A DNA stretch of 63,090 nucleotides, counting the filler, from Kipferlia bialata (taxonomy: Eukaryota), in assembly GCA_003568945.1 (NCBI GenBank). It is 5 parts of 5 records of this genome, joined end to end, with 100 filler letters (N's around TTAATTAATTAA, not from the genome) between each part and the next. Parts side by side here need not be neighbours in the genome. Positions count along the whole stretch, not along the records: positions 35,679 to 53,406 come from BDIP01000514.1; positions 53,507 to 59,506 come from BDIP01000522.1; positions 59,607 to 63,090 come from BDIP01000575.1; 2 more parts are not named here. One strand, given 5' to 3'. Below the pieces are notes generated by a model that saw only the letters and a list, made by a program, of their open reading frames with translations, had not been told where the DNA came from and did not search any database. Made by a program: the position numbers and the translations under genes. Below are positions 49,887 through 59,703 of this stretch, one piece after another (within the stretch, counting starts at the first letter, position 1; each line of letters starts with the position of its first letter).

Positions 49887-51425
49887 ATGGCCCCAGTTTC
49901 TCCTGTACGTTCATTCTCATCGTATATGTGGGGTTTATGCTCTATTTAGATAGGATTGGGGTGTATTCTTGGTATATTGGGTACATATGCATAGTAATGG
50001 TCTCTTGCTGTCAATTTGACCTGTGTGGCTCTGATATCACGTTATTCAGTTACTCTGAGCATATGGTCACATTTTGTTTTGTGCGATATTTGTCTTTGAA
50101 GTGAGTTTGTGGCTGAGTTGTTTCATTGTGTCTAATTGTGTCATTACCTACCTTCTCCTCATCCCAGCACTGCAAGTGTGTCATTGTGGGCGATGGTGCC
50201 GTTGGCAAGACCTGCCTGCTCACTGTCTACGTCGAGAACAAGTTCCCTACAGTGTACGTTTCTATAGTGAATGCGGTCCATCGGTTGTCTTGTCCGTTCT
50301 GTCTACACAAGTCTTGCATCTCTCACAGTCAGGTACGTCCCCACCATCTTTGAGAACAAGCAGACCTACGTCCAGTTCAGGGACCAGACCGTCACATTCA
50401 TGCTCTGGGATACAGGTGCGTGTTACCTTCACATACTGGTGTCAGAAGGGTGTTCACTCCCTTCAGTCTCTCTCCCTCTCTGTCTCACCCCCAGCTGGCC
50501 AGGAGGAGTTCGACCGTCTCAGGCCCCTCTCCTACGATGGCGCCAACGTTATCCTGATTGCTTACTCTGTGGACAGCGAGGTATGGGATTTACACTTGAG
50601 TGGTAGCTACTCTCTCTGTCTCTTGGTTGTCCACTTTTCGCCTCATATTGTATACATAGGAACAGTCGTCAGTATGAAATATTATTAAATCTAGTGTTCA
50701 TATCGCGCGCCCCCCCCCCTCTCTACTAGTCTTCTCCCCTCACCTTCCAGACCTCTGTTGAGAACATCACGTCCAAGTGGTACCCCGAGGTGTCGCACTA
50801 CTGCCCCTCCATCCCAGTGGTGCTGGTCGGTACCAAGGCAGACCTCAGGGAGTCCGAGGAGTGCAAGTGAGTATTCTTTATAATACTATATATAGTAGTA
50901 TGTATTATATATACATTATCTAGGCAGACCTCAGGGAGTCCGAGGAGTGCAAGTGAGTATACATTTAATACACTACATAGAGTATGTATTGTATATACAG
51001 TATACATATTACCAAGGCAGACCTCAGGGAGTCCGAGGAGTGCAAGTACGTAGATTGTATTACAATTGCTTTTTAGTGATCTCCATTGTGTATTGATCTC
51101 TCTCTCTCTATCTCTCCCTTATATCAGGAACAGGATGGCTGCCAAGGGCTATGCCATGGTGACCTCTCTCTCTCTCTCTCTCCCTCCCCCCCTCCCTCCC
51201 CCCCTCTTACAATAGGAACAGGATGGCTGCCAAGGGCTATGCCATGGTGACCTCTCTCCCTCTCTCTCTCTCCCCCCCCCCCTCTTACAATAGGAACCGT
51301 ATGGCTGCCAAGGGCTATGCCATGGTGACCGAGGCCTCCCTCTCTCTCTCTCTCCCCCTCCCCCCCTCTTACAATAGGAACCGTATGGCTGCCAAGGGCT
51401 CTGCCATGGTGACCGAGGCCTCCCC

Positions 51426-51464
<39 letters not shown>

Positions 51465-52033
51465 CATATGTATACCCTAACCCCTAGGAACAGGATGGCT
51501 GCCAAGGGCTATGCCATGGTGACCGAGGCCTCTGTCAAGGCCGTGGCCAAGCAGATCGGGGCAGCCGACCTGGTCGAGTGCTCGGCCAAGTCACAGCACA
51601 ACGTCAAGGTATATTAGCATGACAACATAGGTTATACAAGTATATGAGTTTATATAGTGTGTGAATCCTATATTTACTAGGCCAAGTCACAGCACAACGT
51701 GAAGGTATATCTACTATATGTAAGAGTAATTAGTATGTATATAGAATGTCTTGTACATGTTTACTCGGCCAAGTCACAGCACAACGTCAAGGTGGGAATA
51801 TATATATATATATAAAGAGAGAGAGAGGGAGAGAGAGTATGTGTGAACACCTATATATATCCCCCCCCTCTTCTCACCTCCAGGAGGTGTTCTAGTCTGC
51901 CCTATATATATGTGTGTGTGTATATAGTGTATGCACTTACCCCCAGGAGGTCTTCGAGGCTGCCCTGGCCGCTGCCTTTGACGCCCAGTCCAAGTCGGGC
52001 TCAGGGGACGCCCAGACATGCTCCCTCATGTAG
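49887..52033 (+). CDS. Rho-family (Rac-like) small GTPase, 7 exons
   Basis: [80 protein letters not shown], a Rho insert helix, ECSAK and C-terminal CaaX CSLM*. Confidence 0.95.
51128..51422 (+). repeat. Intronic array of 4 acceptor-side echoes of the Rho exon starting at 51488
   Basis: ag|gaac(agg/cgt)atggctgccaagggctatgccatggtgacc at 51128, 51216, 51294 and 51378. Confidence 0.92.
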
Positions 52034-52283
52034 ACACCATCATCATCTCTCTCTCTCTGTCTATCTATGTGTGTCAATGATGTGATCCATATTGTACGCA
52101 GTCCCGGGTGCTCTGTTTCTGCTCCCACTCTCCACCATATTGTTTCGGAGGCGGCTGTGTCACAGGTCGATCTATCTCACTGTGTGTTGGGCATGTGTTT
52201 TGTGTGTGACTTGGTGGCGTGTACGCTGAGTAAATGTATTCTTCTGTGACTGAGTATATATATATATCGAATCGATATTATCG

Positions 52284-53357
52284 ATGTATGGTTTTTGCCT
52301 AAGGGGTTTAGGAGCTTCTTTCCGACTGTCATACAAAGTGATGGTACTCTCCACCCAACCCCCCATGTGGGATGACATGGGCCCTGGGCTGCAAGCGGTG
52401 ACTGTGGTGTCAATATTGGTGACTGTGATAGAGCTATGCTTCTTTGTGGCCATGCTCAAGCACCGCAAACAGTCCAGCTGGTCAGGTCAGGCTGTGTGCA
52501 TCATGTGCTTCTGCATGGCAGTCATAGTAGTCGGGGGGAGTGTGTGGGACACGTACATAGTGCTGTCGTACTCTGATGTGGACAGTCTGCCTGGGTTGCT
52601 ACCCTATCTGGCCTGTATCTACTACTGTGCCGGCTGCACTGAGCTCCTGGTCTGTCTGGCCCTCACCCTCCTCTACGTCCAGGTGTTCAGGTCGGTGCTC
52701 AAGCCTTCCACCTTCAGATGTATATACCGACTGGTGGGGTGTGGCTCAGTGTGTGCCCTTGTGGCTAGTCTGTGGGTGTTGCTGGGTGACATGCTATACA
52801 ACCTGGAGGTGATGGAGAGGGAGAACTCAGACTGGTATCCAGAGTGGCACACACACGCCCTCTCAGTGTCCACTCGCTACTTACGGGTCCAGATAGCTGC
52901 TGTCGTCCAGCTGTTAGTCATCATGATAGCCCTTATGGTTGTCAGGCGGGGCATGGCGAGACGTATGCACCAGCTCTCCATGCCAACACAGCCTAGTCTC
53001 CCTGTCTCTGATTCACATACCCCTAGAGAGAGAGAGAAAGAGAGAGCGGCACCCAGACGCAAGTCCCTTAGAGAGAGAGAGAGAGAGAGTGCGGTACCCA
53101 GACGCAAGTCCCCTCAGAAGAGTGACATTCTCCCTGTGCTGTATAGTGTGTATACCCTAGGGTTGGTCCTGGCCATGTGTGCATACCTAGACCCCAGTCG
53201 CTGGGTGGAGGGAGATGACGCAAGTAGGGGTATCATTGTGCTCAACATTGGTGTGCACTGTATCCAATGCATAGTGGTGTGCGTTGTCTTCTACCCACTG
53301 GGGGCTAGGAAGGGTCGTGTAGGGAGGGGACGGATACACTGTGACAGTCAGGTGTAG
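52284..53357 (+). CDS. Intronless orphan seven-transmembrane (GPCR-like topology) protein; start may be the ATG at 52341 or later
   Basis: The 357-aa ORF has seven hydrophobic segments, a long basic loop between TM5 and TM6 and a short basic tail. Confidence 0.7.
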   Translation: MYGFCLRGLGASFRLSYKVMVLSTQPPMWDDMGPGLQAVTVVSILVTVIELCFFVAMLKHRKQSSWSGQAVCIMCFCMAVIVVGGSVWDTYIVLSYSDVDSLPGLLPYLACIYYCAGCTELLVCLALTLLYVQVFRSVLKPSTFRCIYRLVGCGSVCALVASLWVLLGDMLYNLEVMERENSDWYPEWHTHALSVSTRYLRVQIAAVVQLLVIMIALMVVRRGMARRMHQLSMPTQPSLPVSDSHTPREREKERAAPRRKSLRERERESAVPRRKSPQKSDILPVLYSVYTLGLVLAMCAYLDPSRWVEGDDASRGIIVLNIGVHCIQCIVVCVVFYPLGARKGRVGRGRIHCDSQV

Positions 53358-53359
53358 GA

Positions 53360-53397
<38 letters not shown>

Positions 53398-53406
53398 CGC
53401 GGCCCC

Positions 53407-53506
53407 NNNNNNNNNNNNNNNNNNNNNNNNNNNNNNNNNNNNNNNNNNNNTTAATTAATTAANNNNNNNNNNNNNNNNNNNNNNNNNNNNNNNNNNNNNN
53501 NNNNNN
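53407..53506. other. Artificial contig-joining spacer
   Basis: 44 N + TTAATTAATTAA + 44 N. Confidence 0.97.
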
Positions 53507-53661
53507 TTTAAAGTACATATTTGGAGGTTTTACACCACACCAGTGCGTTAACGGACACTAATGGGGTTTATAAACACCTCTAAGGTGTATATAAAAATAT
53601 ATAATTATTATATATTCACAATTATTTTATATATATAAAATATATAGCTGGCCCAGCCCTA
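53507..53661 (-). mobile_element. Possible terminus of a hAT-like DNA transposon/MITE
   Basis: The minus strand reads TAGGGCTGGGCCAG followed by a very AT-rich subterminal tract. TAGGG-starting ends are typical of hAT TIRs. The other end is not in the contig. Confidence 0.3.
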
Positions 53662-53662
53662 G

Positions 53663-54414
53663 TGTACTGCCATGGATGCCTGGAGGTAAGAGGCCAAGAG
53701 TGTATACAGTTCGTATTCCACACCACAATGTAGCTACATGATGATTATTATTTGTATGTACTGCCCATTATTCACAGATGGAGGGAGGCAATATCTAATG
53801 TCATTGCTTACGGGAAGGGAGTGTATTCATGTAGTAGTGCTGCAGCTGCGGTCCTATCTAACTATCAGACAGTGCCCCAGTGTGATGACTGTTCTAACAG
53901 AGGGTTCCTCACGTGCTGCAACCTATCGTTAACTAACTGTGGAGTGGAGGTCTGCCTGGATCACAAGCATGACCACTGGAAGGTACTAATAACCAGTATA
54001 TATATATATATATATGTATATTCGACCACTATAAGGTACTAGTAACCAGTAGTACAAAACGTGTGTGTCCCATGATTGCGTTGTTTGCACCATATATATA
54101 TATACATATATATATATATACCATGCGACCACTGGAAGGTGAGAAGTAGCACAAAACACGTGGGTTGCATAATTGCGTCACAATGCATATATATGCAATA
54201 TACATGTATATTCTATTATCCACCCGGCTGATACGGTATCACCGACCACTATACCCAAATACCCGAATACAGTACAGATAGATACTTAAGAGTGATACCT
54301 CACACCCAGGTGTGTAACTTGGGGTGTACAAGGCCACGGAGGGGCTGGGGATCCTACGATGAGTCTTCTGAGATTGACTCAGCATTTGAGGACGAGTACT
54401 CTGATGAGTACTGA
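53663..54414 (+). CDS. 3' part of a small Cys/His-rich (zinc-finger-like) protein with acidic tail
   Basis: Exons 53663-53685, 53869-53982 and 54310-54414 splice to YCHGCLE|TVPQCDDCSNRGFLTCCNLSLTNCGVEVCLDHKHDHWK|VCNLGC...EDEYSDEY*. Confidence 0.55.
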
Positions 54415-54757
54415 CTCAGTACTGTACTGGGGTTTCAACACATTACTCAATAGTGCATATCTTGTATAGAATGCATATCATGTATAGAATGACTGGGTTC
54501 TTCATTTAGCACACTAAGAGGTAGTTGGCTAAGGAGTATTCGGGGAGTTTGATGTGAGAAGAGTGGTAAAGAATGGCTCCAACAGCAGGTTCATTCATTA
54601 CTAGATACTTGTCTGACACCATTAGCATAACCTCCCTCTCCTGAGTATATGTGTCAGCGTATTAGCACTTCCAGCACCTCTGAGTAGTCAATCTCCACGC
54701 AAAGGTATGCTGTGTACCCACATAGCCTGGATGATTCAAGAGAATCATCCATACCTA

Positions 54758-55702
54758 CTAGATGTCCCATCGGTCTACCACCGCCTCTGAGTAGTCAACC
54801 TCAAAGCACAACCCGTCCTGCACTACTAGCACCCGACCCTCAACCAGGGGTATGAGGTGGGGTGGTCGAGTTGCATAGCAGCACGTGAATGTCAGAGTGG
54901 CCAGGGGCACCCAGAGGTCACTGCACCTGTCATACAGACAGACACGCACAGTCCTGTCATCACTGTACAGCATGTTGCTATCAGGGACACAGAATACACC
55001 CACAACGTGTTGGTGCACTGCCGTGCTCCTGCATGTGGTCAGTATGGGACCTGTAGAGCCTACACGGAGTCCCTCGTCTAGGGTATACACTCTCCACTCC
55101 TCGCCGTATACGCTATCACTCAGATGCACTCTGTACGGAAGGCACATTCCCGTTTCAGGGTGGAGCTGTGGGTGGACACTATCGATGTCGGCCTTCTGTC
55201 TTGGCACAGTGGGCAGACCAGAGCTGAGGCATGTCCATGTTGGCATGTTTGGCATGTTTGGCATGATACTAGACACGTCACAAGCCCACACCTCTGTCAC
55301 ATCCCGGACCCGTCCTATGATGCACAGACACCCATGGATCTCACCCAGATATGCTATGGACCGAATCCGAGGGGTTCTCGTATCTCTGTCTTGAGTAGCA
55401 ACCTCACTCCACACCCTAGTCACAAGGTCGAGGTATACTACCCTTATAGTGTAATCAACCATAGCGCAAAAGAACACTCTGTGCCCAATGGTAACAGGGG
55501 TCAATGATGATGCTGTGACCTGTCTGAACAGCCTTATGTCCACGTTGCTAGTGTCATCACAAGGTACAGGCTCCCAGGAGTGCTTGTAGGACCTGCATAT
55601 GTCAGTATCAACGAACAATTGATAATAGCCACCAGCATCAAGTGTACCTTTTCCCTTCTTGTTCTCTGTGCCACACACCAGTTCCAATGAAGGTCCGGCC
55701 AC
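54758..55702 (-). CDS. Kelch/beta-propeller-like hypothetical protein; probably the last exon of the gene at 55894-59452
   Basis: The 314-aa ORF has kelch-like segments (YLDLVTRVWSEV, LCIIGR, LYDRCSDLWVPL). It begins right after an acceptor (cgtag|GTG) rather than at an ATG. Confidence 0.6.
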   Translation of the reverse strand: MAGPSLELVCGTENKKGKGTLDAGGYYQLFVDTDICRSYKHSWEPVPCDDTSNVDIRLFRQVTASSLTPVTIGHRVFFCAMVDYTIRVVYLDLVTRVWSEVATQDRDTRTPRIRSIAYLGEIHGCLCIIGRVRDVTEVWACDVSSIMPNMPNMPTWTCLSSGLPTVPRQKADIDSVHPQLHPETGMCLPYRVHLSDSVYGEEWRVYTLDEGLRVGSTGPILTTCRSTAVHQHVVGVFCVPDSNMLYSDDRTVRVCLYDRCSDLWVPLATLTFTCCYATRPPHLIPLVEGRVLVVQDGLCFEVDYSEAVVDRWDI

Positions 55703-55893
55703 CTACGCACAGGGTCTGAAGAGTGAGGGGGTGGCTCTACTCTATACAAAGAGGCATAGGTGACTATAACAAGTAGGCCTATAGGGTTACTGAAGAGGCA
55801 GATGAAGTGGATAATGTCATTCTACCTCATCGTGGGATATCGGTATCATGTGTCTCCAATTCGCAAACTCCATCAGAACCTCCTGGCCTGAGG

Positions 55894-58800
55894 TCAGAGT
55901 TCTATCACTTCTATGACCGGGGAAACCCCAATAACACTCACGGCCAGAAAGAAATTAATCATACCTCTCACAACGACAGGGAACTCCACCAGTGGCCACT
56001 TTTCCACACTAATACCACGAAGGTGAAACTTGGTACCCACATATTCAGTCTTCATCTCTGAGATTACAGGAGCGTTAGGCTGATACCCCTCTATAGTCAC
56101 CTCTGGGTCAGAAGAGAACGTTTCTGGTGTCTTGGGAATCATAGCTGCATGTATCACATCTCTAACCACTGTGGGAGTGGATGGATGGAATGCGACCTGC
56201 ACTGTACACTTGGTTAGTATGTCACCAGCATCTTGGGAGTGAAGGACTGCAAGAAGTCTGTTCATAGTCTCTCCCTGTCTCTCCCCTGAGACATCCACAC
56301 CTGTTAGGTCCAGTAACCCATCTGAAGTAGCAGCAGTAACAGAGCCGTGTGTGTCACATATATGCATCCACAGTGGTGTGTACAGGGGCAAGGTGACACA
56401 AGCAGTGGCCATGACAGAGAGCATACCCAGTCTAGACAGAGTAGAAGGTGACTCGTATCGATCAGACTCGGGTCCAGACATGGATGACACAAGGTCAGTG
56501 AGGGTACAGAGAGAGACACAGTCAGGGATGGAGAGAGGCTGGCTGCAAGAGCCCAGCCCTCTGACTAGCTCTGTCTCCCACCGTGCCACTACCCCTACCA
56601 CATACACCGTCCAGGCGACTGATCTAGGAACAGTATGAGAATGTGTGTCGGTCTCTCTAGTTCTTGCATGGGCAGCCCTCAGTGCACCCAGTAGGTAGGC
56701 AGCTGCCACCGTCTGTGAAGACACTGCCTGGCCCGTAGTGGTGAGAGGGGCACCTACAACACCTCCACTCAAGAGCTGTGTCAGTCTTTCAACCGTGTCA
56801 CCAGCATCCTCACTAGGACTCGCACGCATCTCCCCCACAACCTCTGCCACTTCCACAGCCAGTATGCAGAGTGTCTCATCTAGCCCAGTCACACCAGACC
56901 CCTCTAGTATACCCCCACTGCTCCCAAGCCTTTGGGCCATTCTGTACACGACTACCGCTGGGTGCACTCTCAGCTGAGTAGCAGTCTGCTGGAGATACTC
57001 TCCCCCTAGGCCTCGCAAAAGGGGATCTGGAAGTGATAGGAGGAGACGTCCACCGTTTGTCTCCAGCAACACAGAGTCCACATCACACAGCTGACCCACT
57101 CCATACATGCACGATACATTCTTGGGCATAGTGCATGATATGGGTTCTAGCCAGGTGTCACTTGCGCAGTGGTACACATGCATACTACTCGTGGGGTAGC
57201 CTTGGAGTTCTGTGGCAATGATGTATGGTCCGGTATTGATGAGTATAGGTCTGGCTCTGGGACATGGGAATTCAGCCTTGACATCCCACTTTCCAGAAGG
57301 AGAAAGGCGTATATGAACCATTTCATCGTCTCTCGATGACTGGTTGGCCATGACATGCAAGGAATTGCAGTGACATACAAAACTATGAGTTCTCTTGATG
57401 GGGACCAGAGTGGAGGGGAGCTGTGCCCAGCCAGTAGGACCTCTGGTCCAAACATCAGTATACCGGTGGTTGGTGCCTCTTATCACGGCTCCATATCCCT
57501 CCCCTCCCAACACTACTATCTGGTCATGTAGAGACGTAGTCATGTGGGAGTGTCTCTGCAGTGGCCTCTGACCTTCGGCACAAGAGATAGATACCGCACT
57601 CTGCCTCCCTGGTACCAGCTCTGCCAGCTCGATAGTCTCTCCATCCACAAAACTATACATCGGCGCTATCTTGTTTGATAGCAGTAGATGATTGCCTGCG
57701 CTAGTGGCTCCGCCTATGTCAAAGTACTCTGGCAAAGAGACAGGTAGGGTTCTAGATGTCACCGATGGCGTCTCAGAATCCACCAATACACACTCTCTCC
57801 CTACTCTAGGAGGCACCTCCACGGTCTCAACATCCGTTTCATGAACACGGATAGCCTCACTGTATTCTTCTTCAGAGGTCGTACACACACTTAGAACTAG
57901 ACCAGGGGATATAAGGACCAGACTCCTGCTAGTCCCCCCTTCACCACAGATCTCTGCTCTCAGGGTAGTGTAAGAGAGATCAGGATCAGGTATGTGGGTG
58001 TTCTCTACTCTCTCACTCACAGCTGCAGTGATGAACGGAAGCACAGGTGCCAGAGCCAGTGCACAAGGAGAGGTGCAGGAGTCTGTGACGCTGAGTGTTA
58101 CACTTGTCACTGTGACAGGCAGTGCGTGTAGGGCAGTCAGCACTCTCAGGCCAAGGGATGTGTCTGGCACACTGGAGAGGGGGGGTACAGACAGATACTC
58201 ACAGACATGGTCTAGGACCAATGTTTCACGCATGTCATCTCTCTCAAGTTGCAGTAGGGTTAGTAGCTCTACGAGCAACTCTGTAAGAGAGGCATACTCC
58301 GTACACATAGCAACAACGATAGCAAGGAGACTGGATGGGGACAGAGAGAGGAGGGTGTTGGCCTTTCCTTCGAGGCCACATGTCTCCACCTCACTGTGAA
58401 GTAGAATGCATAGAGCACCCAAACCCTCAGCACTGCGGGTGTGGGCCCTAGACACCCACTCAGGGGGAAGACCAAGGCACAAGGCTCTGTCCACAATAGG
58501 ACTGGAGACAGATACTCTGTCAGTAGTCTCAAAAATACCAGCCCCCTCCTCTAACTGTAGTAGAAGAGGACGGCCACCCACTGGTAGGAGTAGCACACTG
58601 CCATCATCTAGGGTACACGCAGAGTGGCAGTCAGGGATGTACGCAGAGTCACCCTCTGCATATTGGGCTATAGGACACACATCCCATTCACCGTACTGCA
58701 ATCCCTCTCCCCCTCCACTTTTCACCCCATCTATAGGAGTGTATGCATGTGCTCCTATTATCATCAGTACCCTAGGCCGTTGACTTCCCACTGACACCAC

Positions 58801-59271
58801 AATAGGACTCTCCGCATGGAAAGGGGGATCGAGTAGCCTCTCCCATACAACATCCTCCCTCCGTCCCAGGAGAGAGTATCGGAAGTGACGCAGAATCCCA
58901 TCCCCTACACCACAGGCCAGATGAAGAACGCTATCGACCACGCATGTCGCCCATGAGTCAATCCTGTTACCAATACTGGGCATTGGTACAAGGGGGATAT
59001 GTACTCTCTCATCACTCGGGTCTGTGTAAGGCTCTAGCCACTCTAGGTGCCTGGTCAAAGACTCCCTCGTACCACCACTACCCACACCTCTCTGTGGCAT
59101 AGCAACATGCCTGGTTCCCCTCTCCCCCTCCCCCCTAGTCTCTCTCTCTGTCTCTCTCCCCATGTCTCCTCTGGTCGCTATGGGTGCCTCCATAGAAGGT
59201 CTTTCAGTCATTGGACCTAAGCCTAATGAGTCTTCTCTTCTCCAACAGTGTCTGGTATTAGAAAGAGACAA
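55894..59271 (-). CDS. Large hypothetical protein with kelch-type beta-propeller segments and helical regions; 5'-partial (further exon at about 59376-59452)
   Basis: The 1125-aa ORF has kelch-like motifs (HSHMTTSLHDQIVVLGG, DVWT...GWAQLP, MHVYHCASDTWLE, WERLLDPP). An upstream exon YMFNVHR|HCWR splices in frame. Confidence 0.7.
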   Translation of the reverse strand: MSLSNTRHCWRREDSLGLGPMTERPSMEAPIATRGDMGRETERETRGEGERGTRHVAMPQRGVGSGGTRESLTRHLEWLEPYTDPSDERVHIPLVPMPSIGNRIDSWATCVVDSVLHLACGVGDGILRHFRYSLLGRREDVVWERLLDPPFHAESPIVVSVGSQRPRVLMIIGAHAYTPIDGVKSGGGEGLQYGEWDVCPIAQYAEGDSAYIPDCHSACTLDDGSVLLLPVGGRPLLLQLEEGAGIFETTDRVSVSSPIVDRALCLGLPPEWVSRAHTRSAEGLGALCILLHSEVETCGLEGKANTLLSLSPSSLLAIVVAMCTEYASLTELLVELLTLLQLERDDMRETLVLDHVCEYLSVPPLSSVPDTSLGLRVLTALHALPVTVTSVTLSVTDSCTSPCALALAPVLPFITAAVSERVENTHIPDPDLSYTTLRAEICGEGGTSRSLVLISPGLVLSVCTTSEEEYSEAIRVHETDVETVEVPPRVGRECVLVDSETPSVTSRTLPVSLPEYFDIGGATSAGNHLLLSNKIAPMYSFVDGETIELAELVPGRQSAVSISCAEGQRPLQRHSHMTTSLHDQIVVLGGEGYGAVIRGTNHRYTDVWTRGPTGWAQLPSTLVPIKRTHSFVCHCNSLHVMANQSSRDDEMVHIRLSPSGKWDVKAEFPCPRARPILINTGPYIIATELQGYPTSSMHVYHCASDTWLEPISCTMPKNVSCMYGVGQLCDVDSVLLETNGGRLLLSLPDPLLRGLGGEYLQQTATQLRVHPAVVVYRMAQRLGSSGGILEGSGVTGLDETLCILAVEVAEVVGEMRASPSEDAGDTVERLTQLLSGGVVGAPLTTTGQAVSSQTVAAAYLLGALRAAHARTRETDTHSHTVPRSVAWTVYVVGVVARWETELVRGLGSCSQPLSIPDCVSLCTLTDLVSSMSGPESDRYESPSTLSRLGMLSVMATACVTLPLYTPLWMHICDTHGSVTAATSDGLLDLTGVDVSGERQGETMNRLLAVLHSQDAGDILTKCTVQVAFHPSTPTVVRDVIHAAMIPKTPETFSSDPEVTIEGYQPNAPVISEMKTEYVGTKFHLRGISVEKWPLVEFPVVVRGMINFFLAVSVIGVSPVIEVIEL

Positions 59272-59506
59272 ATGGGAATGCTACTTCATAGAGTGATATA
59301 TATAATGATAAGGTGCTAGTAAATGTATACATATCGTTCTCTCAGGGTAATCTCATATGTGTATATGTCACCAACCTGTGGACATTGAACATGTATGTGT
59401 GTGGGTTGGGGACAGCCTCCCTTGAGTCATAGCAGTACCCAGATAGATTCTCTTGAGTGTCAGAGGGAGGGGGGGGGGGGAGGGCAAGAAAGTAATGCCC
59501 AAAAAG

Positions 59507-59606
59507 NNNNNNNNNNNNNNNNNNNNNNNNNNNNNNNNNNNNNNNNNNNNTTAATTAATTAANNNNNNNNNNNNNNNNNNNNNNNNNNNNNNNNNNNNNN
59601 NNNNNN
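59507..59606. other. Artificial contig-joining spacer
   Basis: 44 N + TTAATTAATTAA + 44 N. Confidence 0.97.
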
Positions 59607-59703
59607 GGGGGGGGCCCCGGGGGGGGGGGGGAAAAAAGGGGGGGGGGGGGGGGGGGGGGGGTAGGAGTGTACAATCCTATTTACAATATTAGTAGCGTGG
59701 TAC

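Noticed and set aside
35981..53357. G6PD-6PGL, QNG1, Rho and 7TM as a functional cluster, or linkage to genes on neighbouring pieces
   Set aside because: The functions are unrelated, this is ordinary compact eukaryotic gene order, and neighbours across spacers are not known to be linked.
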